Notes under the pieces: generated by a model | What the model was told of the DNA's origin: nothing | Seen by the model: only the letters and a program-made list of their open reading frames with translations | Databases searched by the model: none | DNA from: Patescibacteria group bacterium | Lineage (GTDB): Bacteria; Patescibacteriota; Doudnabacteria; UBA920; VMFF01 | Assembly: GCA_038065615.1 (NCBI GenBank) | Contig: JBBTQQ010000001.1 | Span: forward strand, 25,577 to 71,084 | Direction of reading: 5' to 3' | DNA length: 45,508 bases | Shown: piece after piece, positions 10,019-17,160 of the stretch | Layout: every line of letters starts with the position of its first letter | How positions within the stretch are numbered: the stretch's first letter is position 1 | Program-made: the position numbers and the translations under genes

Positions 10019-10358
10019 GCTCGGTTCTGCTCCCGTTGTTCATAAAGTTACAGAGTTCTACAAATTAATATATTTACTAAGGTCCAAAATTCCGAAAAAA
10101 GACCGTTTTGGAATTTATCTTAAAATTGAAAATAACTGCCTTGAACTAATTGATTTATTGATTACCGCATCTTTGGAATCTAAGACGAACAAACTTCCGA
10201 CATTAAATACGGCAAGAACAAAAACTGAGGTATTAAAAAGACTGATTAGACTGAGCAGCGAATTAAAAATAATTGATAACAAGAAATATATTGGTCTAGA
10301 AGCTGAACTGCAAGAAATATCCAAAATGATTAATGGTTGGATAAAGTATGTAAAATAG
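10017..10358 (+). CDS. avd: Avd-like four-helix-bundle accessory variability determinant
   Basis: 113 aa, basic, IPKKDRFGI...LKRLIRL...EISKMINGWIK pattern, located between TR and RT. Confidence 0.88.
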   Translation: MLGSAPVVHKVTEFYKLIYLLRSKIPKKDRFGIYLKIENNCLELIDLLITASLESKTNKLPTLNTARTKTEVLKRLIRLSSELKIIDNKKYIGLEAELQEISKMINGWIKYVK

Positions 10359-10365
10359 CACGATC

Positions 10366-10393
10366 AAGTCCCGAGTGACCGGGACTTTTTGTT
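10366..10393 (+). terminator. Terminator for avd; also a hairpin just 3' of TR on the - strand
   Basis: aagtcccg-agtgac-cgggactt followed by T-tract on + only. Confidence 0.75.
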
Positions 10394-10400
10394 GGATGCT

Positions 10401-10517
10401 ACCTCACGGCAACGCAGATTGTCGTTCTCATTGTCGGGATTGTACCAGTTGACGTTGAGCTTGTCAGTGTCGTTCCAGTAGACGTTCGGGACATTGCCAT
10501 CAGAGTTGCGAGAACCG
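10401..10517 (-). ncRNA. DGR template repeat (TR); IMH*-like extension to ~10393
   Basis: 117-bp ungapped match to 10825-10941. It has 32 adenines on the - strand and 10 AAY codons in the target frame. Confidence 0.95.
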
Positions 10518-10701
10518 TTTTGTTTGTCCAACCTCATCCCATGCACCGACGACCTTTTTAAAAATCATCTGAGTTCTCCGATTCTTTTCGGAATTATTTA
10601 CGAAGCATGCACTTTGCAACCTCCTCTAAAGCTGAACAAGTAGTTTCCATGTATTAGGGCAAACCGATGTCTCATTGAGACCGGTTGTATTAGCCAAATA
10701 T

Positions 10702-10710
10702 ATTCTAGCA
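10702..10710 (-). promoter_or_regulatory. Candidate extended -10 promoter for the TR(-RT) transcript
   Basis: TGcTAGAAT directly after the target's terminator; no clear -35. Confidence 0.4.
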
Positions 10711-10732
10711 AAAAATGCTCCAAAAAACCAAA

Positions 10733-10763
10733 GTGCCGACATGATCAGAGATCATATCGGCAC
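10733..10763 (-). terminator. Stem-loop/terminator downstream of the DGR target
   Basis: GTGCCGATATGATC-TCT-GATCATGTCGGCAC (14 bp including one G-U) followed by TTTGGTTTTTT. Confidence 0.75.
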
Positions 10764-10790
10764 AAGGGGTAAAGCCAAGAGTGAGAAGGG

Positions 10791-11546
10791 TTACACGGCA
10801 GCTTTCGCAGCCGCAGTGGAAACCACCTCACGGCAACGCAGATCGTCGAACTCACCGCCGGGACTGTACCAGCGGACGCTGAGCCTGCCAGCGTCGCCCC
10901 AGTCGACGATCGGGACACTGCCACCAGAGTGGCGAGAACCGAAGCAGAGTGTAACGTTCACGATGTCGAGATGCTCACCCGTTTCCAGGTAGTACTTCAA
11001 CTCGTGAAGCAAACGCTCCAGAAGGGTCTCGCCCTTCACTCCGATGTGACTGAGTGCGTTCGCGGACTTGTTCTTCCACTGCTCGTCCGCTTCGACTACA
11101 TCTCGGACCCAGATGGCGTAGCTGCCGTGACTCGCATCACGATCGTTGGTCGGGACTGCTTCGTCGAGGTTCTGATCCGTGTACTTCCATGCGCCAAACT
11201 TCTCGGCGCACTTATCGAAAACCTGCTGGATCGTGACGCCTTGGGCGACAACGATCAGCCTGTCGAAGCCTTCGCGGCGCTCTGGGATCTGGAGACTTGC
11301 GAAGCTGAGCTCGAGACCGAAGTGAACGCGGTAGAAGCTCTGCCACTCAACCAACTTCTGGTTGGTGGTCCACTCCATCGAGTACTTCCCGAACGTGGTT
11401 CGGATGTCTGCGATGAAGTCGCCCTTGTGCGCTGTGATGTTCTTCGCGTCGGCGAACGACAACGGCGGCAACGCTTGAACAAGCGTCGTGATGATGTCAG
11501 TCCTTTGACCATCGGTCATGGGACGGACTGCCTCATGTCTTGGCAT
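10791..11546 (-). CDS. DGR target protein with C-terminal variable region (probable CLec-like fold), no signal peptide
   Basis: VR at the 3' end. Start at ATG 11546 has a GAGGAGG SD (ORF track starts at GTG 11600). GC-rich, ~57% in a sampled line. Confidence 0.92.
   Translation of the reverse strand: MPRHEAVRPMTDGQRTDIITTLVQALPPLSFADAKNITAHKGDFIADIRTTFGKYSMEWTTNQKLVEWQSFYRVHFGLELSFASLQIPERREGFDRLIVVAQGVTIQQVFDKCAEKFGAWKYTDQNLDEAVPTNDRDASHGSYAIWVRDVVEADEQWKNKSANALSHIGVKGETLLERLLHELKYYLETGEHLDIVNVTLCFGSRHSGGSVPIVDWGDAGRLSVRWYSPGGEFDDLRCREVVSTAAAKAAV
10796..10813 (-). promoter_or_regulatory. DGR target-recognition hairpin/cruciform with GAAA loop
   Basis: CGGCTGC-GAAA-GCTGCCG (one T:T mismatch), ~3 nt past the end of TR/VR similarity. 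Confidence 0.7.
10825..10941 (-). repeat. DGR variable repeat (VR)
   Basis: 20 mismatches to TR: 14 A>G, 3 A>T, 2 A>C and 1 T>G (- strand). Confidence 0.95.
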
Positions 11547-11602
11547 GAGATATTCCTCCTCTACGAGTGAAATTGTCCGAAACATCTCTGTCGGATCCAC
11601 AG

Positions 11603-11625
11603 CTTATCTCAGGAGTGAGACAAGA
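11603..11625 (-). promoter_or_regulatory. 5' leader hairpin, diverged copy of the shared motif
   Basis: CTTGTCTC-ACTCCT-GAGATAAG at the predicted transcript start. Confidence 0.45.
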
Positions 11626-11631
11626 TTAAAT

Positions 11632-11660
11632 ATAATACCATAATAGCCTATTTATGTCAA
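11632..11660 (-). promoter_or_regulatory. Sigma70 promoter of the DGR target
   Basis: TTGACA-17 nt-TATTAT with TG extension. Confidence 0.8.
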
Positions 11661-11686
11661 GGGGTTGCTCGCATTACGCATTATCG

Positions 11687-11715
11687 TTGACAAAAGTCTT
11701 GCTTTTTAATAGTAT
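11687..11715 (+). promoter_or_regulatory. Divergent sigma70 promoter with no downstream ORF
   Basis: TTGACA-17 nt-TAGTAT. Confidence 0.6.
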
Positions 11716-11720
11716 TTAGA

Positions 11721-11818
11721 TAACTTCGATAAAGGCCCGTCCTTATAGGCGGAGATTGGCTTAAGGGAAACCTTAGGATAGTCGAAACAAAACAAGCCCC
11801 TGTTGGGGTTTTTGTTTT
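11721..11818 (+). ncRNA. Candidate structured small RNA facing the DUF3800-like gene
   Basis: Promoter; closing stem TTCGAT/GTCGAA; hairpins CCGTC..GGCGG and CTTAAGG-GAAA-CCTTAGG; terminator gcccc-tgtt-ggggt plus T-tract. Confidence 0.55.
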
Positions 11819-11826
11819 GGTCAACA

Positions 11827-12390
11827 TCAAATTGCTTTGATATATTTATTTCGTTGCGCTTTTGTTAAAAGCTCTTTATCTATTTTGTTATTTTGTAGTG
11901 CTGCTCGAATACACCCTGCCCAACGGTCAGCCAGGCGTATAAATGGTTCGCTTTCGTCGCGAGCGCTACGAACATATTTTAAGCTAATATCTCTGATGCG
12001 CAGAGCATTTGTTAATTCCAATGCCTTCTTTTTATCAATACCATCTACGTAAATAATTGCTTGGTATCGGGTAGAATCCATTTTATCTTTAATTGATTTT
12101 TCAATAGTTTCGAGCATTGGCAGAAAGAAAGGAATTGGTTTTTGATATTTGCCATAGTAGATGTTGCCAGCCGCGATGTTATTACCTAAAACCTCTCTCA
12201 GGTGTTCTTCATTTTCAGGAGATCTGGATTTTTGCCACTTTTTAAGACCAACCTTTGTTTCTTTTTCCAGTTATCTTAGTTTTATCCTTATTGCTTCTTG
12301 ATCATCTTCACTTATGACATTAACAACTACAAAGAAATTACTCCCTGAGTCCTGTCCAGTTTCATCAACATAGACGTAAAGTTTTTTAAT
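11827..12390 (-). pseudogene. DUF3800-family (RNase H-like) pseudogene
   Basis: One frame gives KKLYVYVDETGQD...DESEPFIRLADRWAG. There is an in-frame TAA at 12273-12271, and ATT where ATG is expected at 12390. Confidence 0.75.
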
Positions 12391-12411
12391 TTTATTACCC
12401 GTATTTTGAGC

Positions 12412-12447
12412 ATAACAAAAAGCGCCATTGTTGGCGATTTTGTTAAT
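12412..12447 (-). terminator. Probable terminator after the GT4/MraY-like gene
   Basis: aacaaaa..cgcca-ttgt-tggcg..ttttgtt inverted repeat. Confidence 0.6.
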
Positions 12448-12453
12448 AAAGTT

Positions 12454-13521
12454 TTAATACTTTTCCGGAATATGCGGATATTTCCTCTTGTAAGCAAATA
12501 CTGTGCCTAAAGCAATGGATATCATTATGATAAACAGAATTATAAGGGATACTAGTTTACCCATTGATTGCATGGATATCGCAATACCACCAAACACAAC
12601 AGCTATGCCATAAAGGCTTAATACTGTTTGTCTTTGTGAAAAACCAAGATCTAAGAGCCTGAAATGCAAATGCTTCCTGTCTGCTTTAAACGGTGATGCC
12701 CCATACCAAATTCTTCTAGCTATGACCCAGGCAACATCAAGGATTGGAATACCCATAACCAGTAACGCTGTGGCTATTTTCCCTCCCAAAAGCACTGAAA
12801 AAACACCAAGCATAAAACCAAGGAAAGTGCTTCCTGATTCTCCCAAGAAAATAGATGCAGGATTAAAATTATAAACTAAGAAACCAGCAATTGCCCCACA
12901 AAGGATTATTGCAATGCTTGCAGTTACTGGTTGATTAATTCTTCCTGTTAAAGAAAGAGCAAAAAGCGTTAAACTCGCAATCAAAGAAATTCCCGAAGTT
13001 AAACCATCCATGCCATCTAAGAATTTTGTGGTATATATCATTCCTAGGAGAAAGAAAAAGACCAAAATCCCAGATGCTTTAATACCCAGTATTAAAAAGT
13101 TTAGATTAATAACTCCGCCAAAAGGATTTGAAATGAAGTTAATCCCCACCCCTATCCCAGATGCAAGAACAACTAAGACTGCGAGAATCGGAAATATAAA
13201 CTGGAGTCTTGGGCTTAGGGAATATTTGTCATCTAAGTACCCACCGATCATCAACAATGTTCCGCCAATGATCATGCCCCAGAAAAATCGCATTGGTATT
13301 ACAATCAAATTTACTTCAAAGAAACGAAGATAGATAAAAAGGGAAATCATGAATGCAGAAAATATTGCAAAACCACCGAGCAGGGGAATTGGTGTGGTGT
13401 GTATCTTTCTTGGATGATTAGGAACATCAACTGCTGAAACCTTAAAAGCCAGCTTCTTAACCATTGGGGTTATGAACAAAGCTATGAGGAATGCAAGAAA
13501 AAAGAAAAATGTATATTGCAT
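12454..13521 (-). CDS. Undecaprenyl-phosphate GlcNAc-1-phosphate transferase (WecA/TagO, MraY superfamily)
   Basis: RKIH..PIPLLGG, GYLDD, FLDGMDGL, YNFNPASIFLGESG, ADRKHLHFRL. Confidence 0.92.
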   Translation of the reverse strand: MQYTFFFFLAFLIALFITPMVKKLAFKVSAVDVPNHPRKIHTTPIPLLGGFAIFSAFMISLFIYLRFFEVNLIVIPMRFFWGMIIGGTLLMIGGYLDDKYSLSPRLQFIFPILAVLVVLASGIGVGINFISNPFGGVINLNFLILGIKASGILVFFFLLGMIYTTKFLDGMDGLTSGISLIASLTLFALSLTGRINQPVTASIAIILCGAIAGFLVYNFNPASIFLGESGSTFLGFMLGVFSVLLGGKIATALLVMGIPILDVAWVIARRIWYGASPFKADRKHLHFRLLDLGFSQRQTVLSLYGIAVVFGGIAISMQSMGKLVSLIILFIIMISIALGTVFAYKRKYPHIPEKY

Positions 13522-13522
13522 A

Positions 13523-15178
13523 TTATTCCATTAAGTTTGCTGCCATTGCATCAGGAGTTCCTGATGACTTTCTTGATTTAGGAGTAACCCAAAAACCCAT
13601 GTACTTACCAAGCATTAATCTAGTCTGAGCATCAACTGCTGGGAGACTTCCGAAGAATACTGAAATGACAGGAACAAAAATCCACTGCAAATACATACTA
13701 ACAGTTCTCCAGATTGTGTACTTCTTTGGTCTTGGAGGAAGCAAGTACATGTTTATATACACTGAAAAAATTAGAAAGAAAGTTGCGGCAGTCATTAATA
13801 TTCTAGTCATAAAAGGAAGATTAACCGCAAAAATCGTGTTTCCAAAATTACCACCACCAATAACTAGAGGAAGCCAACCTAGAGCTGATATGACGATGGA
13901 GGCTGTTGCCCAGTTATAGTTTCCTTCAATGTACTGAAATGCTTTGTAAAACCTGTCCCAACGAGGCGCTTTTAACTTAAACAAAGCTGGAATTAAAGAT
14001 GGATAGTATTCAACATTGTAAGCCCAGCGTCTTTTTTGCTTGTATTGATTAATTAATGTTTGGGTATATGTATCTGCTAAACAAGTATCTAAAGAAACAG
14101 ACATAAACAAAGGGACTGTTCTGTAATCCCCATTGTAGTGTAAGTAGCACTGCCAAAAAATATATCCATCTTCGTTAATTAAATCTTTGCGCCAAAAACC
14201 AACTTCTTTCAAAGCTTTTAAAGTCATACTGTGAGAAGAAAAGGTTCTTAATCGGTTTGGTCTTGAAGATTCAACGAACTGCCAAAAAGTGTTGCTTACA
14301 GAGACAACTCTAATAAATGCCGGGGAATCCCAAATGTTGTTGTTGTAAACAGCGATAGGTTGATAACTTGAACGATATGGTTTTTCAGCAGTTAAGAACT
14401 CATACATTACTCTAGCAAAGTACTGTGGATGAACCATGGTATCTGAATCAAAGTTTGAAACAATGACATTATCAATTCCAATGTTTAATTTTTCTAACTC
14501 TGGTAGAACAGATTGAACAGCCCAGGAAGCATTTGCACTCTTCCCTTTTATCTCACCCTCTAAGCCATCAGGGTGAGCAGTAATGAAGAAGCGGAAAAAA
14601 TCATTACCGTATTTTTCTTTAATCGCTCTGGCAATCTTTTGTGCTGACTCGCCCATTCTTTCTTCGCTTGCAAGTATAACTATCATTTTATCCTTAGGAT
14701 AGTTAGTTTGCTCCAAAGACCTTATGGTTGTATCTAAAACTTCTTCACTTTCATCAACAAAGGGATATAGAATAAGATGGTAATAATCAAAATAATTGGC
14801 GCTTTTTCTTCCGATTGTTAAAAGCTTACCGATTCTTTCCATTTCATCCTTGAAATAGTGTCTTGCTCTACTGGTTTTAGCATGTCTTAACTGTTCTGAA
14901 ATATATTCAATGTACTTTGAAAAATCATGTAGCTGGTCAACCAAAAAACGCCAATCAAGAGTTGCAAAAAAACGATACCTCTTGTATGAAAAAACTAAAT
15001 GAAATGATCCGTTGATTGCTTTGAAAAGCCAATATAGATCAAAAAGGATTATGAACACGGAAACCCAAACAGGATGGTTCCTTGAAAAGAAAAGGGCAAA
15101 AAACAAAGTAGCCCAGAACATCGCGCCTGGGATTATCTCAAAAACACGGTCAACAAAGCTCTTCTTTTTTAATAACAT
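13523..15178 (-). CDS. Membrane glycosyltransferase family 2
   Basis: GKSAN, DSD, INED and QKRRW motifs; TM segments at both ends. Confidence 0.88.
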   Translation of the reverse strand: MLLKKKSFVDRVFEIIPGAMFWATLFFALFFSRNHPVWVSVFIILFDLYWLFKAINGSFHLVFSYKRYRFFATLDWRFLVDQLHDFSKYIEYISEQLRHAKTSRARHYFKDEMERIGKLLTIGRKSANYFDYYHLILYPFVDESEEVLDTTIRSLEQTNYPKDKMIVILASEERMGESAQKIARAIKEKYGNDFFRFFITAHPDGLEGEIKGKSANASWAVQSVLPELEKLNIGIDNVIVSNFDSDTMVHPQYFARVMYEFLTAEKPYRSSYQPIAVYNNNIWDSPAFIRVVSVSNTFWQFVESSRPNRLRTFSSHSMTLKALKEVGFWRKDLINEDGYIFWQCYLHYNGDYRTVPLFMSVSLDTCLADTYTQTLINQYKQKRRWAYNVEYYPSLIPALFKLKAPRWDRFYKAFQYIEGNYNWATASIVISALGWLPLVIGGGNFGNTIFAVNLPFMTRILMTAATFFLIFSVYINMYLLPPRPKKYTIWRTVSMYLQWIFVPVISVFFGSLPAVDAQTRLMLGKYMGFWVTPKSRKSSGTPDAMAANLME

Positions 15179-15180
15179 GT

Positions 15181-15528
15181 TTAGATAACAATGATTGACT
15201 TCAAAAACAAGACTGCGATTAGAATTAAAGCTTGAACCAACATAGTTACTGCAACAACTATCTTAGCAGCAAACTCTTCCCGTTCTTTTGTGTATCTGTA
15301 AAAAACATAGTTAGCTACAAGAATTAACAATCCAACTAAAGGCAAAGTATACAAATAGTAGCCTTTAGTAACAATATCAGGACCAAAGAAAATATTGTAA
15401 TGCAAAGGCAACTGCTCTGCGTTCGGCTTTATCTGGGCGATAATAACAACCCATGATATAATATTCAGGAGAGCGCTAACAGCGATCTGAAACAAAATAT
15501 TTCTTGTATACTCTAATACCTTATTCAT
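15181..15528 (-). CDS. Small 3-TM membrane protein (PLHYN motif)
   Basis: Hydrophobic ORF; start at ATG 15528, 7 nt after TGgTATAAT. Confidence 0.75.
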   Translation of the reverse strand: MNKVLEYTRNILFQIAVSALLNIISWVVIIAQIKPNAEQLPLHYNIFFGPDIVTKGYYLYTLPLVGLLILVANYVFYRYTKEREEFAAKIVVAVTMLVQALILIAVLFLKSIIVI

Positions 15529-15573
15529 GGTTTTGATTATACCAGAAAACAATTAATTTTTCCACTAAACAAA

Positions 15574-17064
15574 ATGAAAAAACACTATGTTTTGCTTGGG
15601 TCCATTCTATTGGTCGCGGCTTTGCTACGCCTATTTAATTTAACTGCTATCTCTCTTTGGCATGACGAAGCTTTCTCTGCGTTGCTTGTAAACTACAGCT
15701 GGCAGGAAATGTTCTACAGAATCGGATTAGATGTGCACCCCCCTTTCTACTACGTCATTTTAAGGCTCTGGTCTGATGTATTTGGACACTCGCTTTTTGC
15801 TTTAAGAGGTTTTTCTGTTTTCTTTGGTGTTGCAACTGTCTGGGCTGGATATGGTTTCATGAAGGTTGCCTTCAAAAAAGAATCGCTAGCTCTCGCAACA
15901 GCGCTTCTACTTGCTGTTAATCCTTTTCAAATTCAATATGTTACTGAAGCAAGGATGTACACCTTAGGAAGTTTTCTTTTGTTAATCTCTGGGTATTTTC
16001 TTGTTAAAGCATTTGATACGAAGAAATTTGTTTACTGGCTTGGCTTTATCCTCTCAACCAGCGCAGCCATGTACACCCACTATTACCTATTCTTCTCTAT
16101 CTTCGCTATTGGTTTGTTCGCGCTTTACTATCTCTTTAAAAACTACCGCTTTGAATTAAAGAAATATTCCCAGCTTGTTTTTTCATATATCATCGTCCTA
16201 CTGCTATACATCCCTTGGCTTAAAACCTTTAAATTCCAGTTTACACAAGTCCAGGAAAACTACTGGATTCTAAAAATGAACGAATGGTCAGTACCACTAA
16301 CTAACTGGAGGATGATCTTCGGTACTGGAGCAGACAGCAACAATCCAATAACTAAAGTTTTCTTGGTTATTGCTTCCTTGTTTACTATTTTTCTTGTTTA
16401 CCGAGTCATTAAAAAAGAAAAGTCCATTTACAAATGGCTTGCTTTGTTAGGAACAATTGTTCCTTTCTTAGGAGCACTGCTTCTTTCATTAAAACAATCA
16501 ATATACCTTGATAGATATTTTCTTTTTGCAGCTCTTTTCTACACCATTCTTCTTTGCTTATTCATCTTTGAATTACCAAACAAAAAACTAAAGTACGGAA
16601 TATATATTTTAATGGTTGGCATATCTTTGCTTAACTGGTGGGGTTTTTGGAGCTCAATGGATATTAAACACAAGGCTGGAATGGCTTCCGTTGCCTCATA
16701 TTTAAACAACAACATTGAAGAAGGAGACCGTCTACTAATTGGCTCTTCTTCTGAGTTCTTTAATTTTAAATTTTACAATAGATCAACAACATCACCGTTG
16801 CTATACATTCCTGGCATTTCTGAGGTTAAACAATTACCACACTTTTCTGGAACAGCACTTCTAACAAACGCTGAGTTAATACATGATTTAAACAAAGGCG
16901 TAGAAAAAGGTAGTACTGTCTGGATACTATGGACTAATGCTTTTGGAGGAGTTAAACCAGAAGTTCCTCAAAACTGGGTACAGATCGGACAAGCTCATTC
17001 TTGGGAAGATGTAAGACCTTTTGCCGGAACTTGGATTATGGTTGATGAATATCTCGTGAAATAA
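15574..17064 (+). CDS. GT-C fold glycosyltransferase (ArnT/PMT-like)
   Basis: SLWHDEAFS, DVHPPFYY, EARMY, YTHYY; multiple TM segments. Confidence 0.88.
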   Translation: MKKHYVLLGSILLVAALLRLFNLTAISLWHDEAFSALLVNYSWQEMFYRIGLDVHPPFYYVILRLWSDVFGHSLFALRGFSVFFGVATVWAGYGFMKVAFKKESLALATALLLAVNPFQIQYVTEARMYTLGSFLLLISGYFLVKAFDTKKFVYWLGFILSTSAAMYTHYYLFFSIFAIGLFALYYLFKNYRFELKKYSQLVFSYIIVLLLYIPWLKTFKFQFTQVQENYWILKMNEWSVPLTNWRMIFGTGADSNNPITKVFLVIASLFTIFLVYRVIKKEKSIYKWLALLGTIVPFLGALLLSLKQSIYLDRYFLFAALFYTILLCLFIFELPNKKLKYGIYILMVGISLLNWWGFWSSMDIKHKAGMASVASYLNNNIEEGDRLLIGSSSEFFNFKFYNRSTTSPLLYIPGISEVKQLPHFSGTALLTNAELIHDLNKGVEKGSTVWILWTNAFGGVKPEVPQNWVQIGQAHSWEDVRPFAGTWIMVDEYLVK

Positions 17065-17069
17065 CAGCA

Positions 17070-17101
17070 CCCCGCACCCTGACCGAAGTCAAAGTGCGGG
17101 G
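17070..17101 (-). terminator. Strong stem-loop downstream of the target-like gene
   Basis: CCCCGCACTTTGAC-TTCG-GTCAGGGTGCGGGG, 14 bp with two G-U pairs and a C(UUCG)G loop on the - strand. Confidence 0.65.
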
Positions 17102-17160
17102 CAAAGCGGAGTGCCGAGTGACCAGAACCCAAAAGGGCAAAGATCACAAGCACCCAAGAG

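Larger units (their letters stand above)
8978..11660 (-). mobile_element. Diversity-generating retroelement cassette (target/VR, TR, inverted avd, RT)
   Basis: RT, Avd, a TR/VR pair with adenine-specific mismatches and a post-VR hairpin all lie within 2.7 kb. Confidence 0.95.

Noticed and set aside
10364-10546. 60-aa Asn-rich ORF as a protein gene
   Set aside because: It is the TR read in the target's frame; being open is expected and is not evidence of translation.
10675-11570. + strand ORFs 10675-10992, 10929-11570 and 11054-11236
   Set aside because: Antisense shadows of the GC-rich target, which has the promoter, SD and VR.
11721-11790. Known riboswitch or hammerhead ribozyme
   Set aside because: No downstream + strand gene, and by eye no CUGAUGA core or recognisable c-di-GMP, fluoride or preQ1 consensus. 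An Rfam scan is still needed.
12271-12273. Stop-codon reassignment explaining the internal stop
   Set aside because: The codon is TAA, and TAA, TAG and TGA all end conserved genes in this window.
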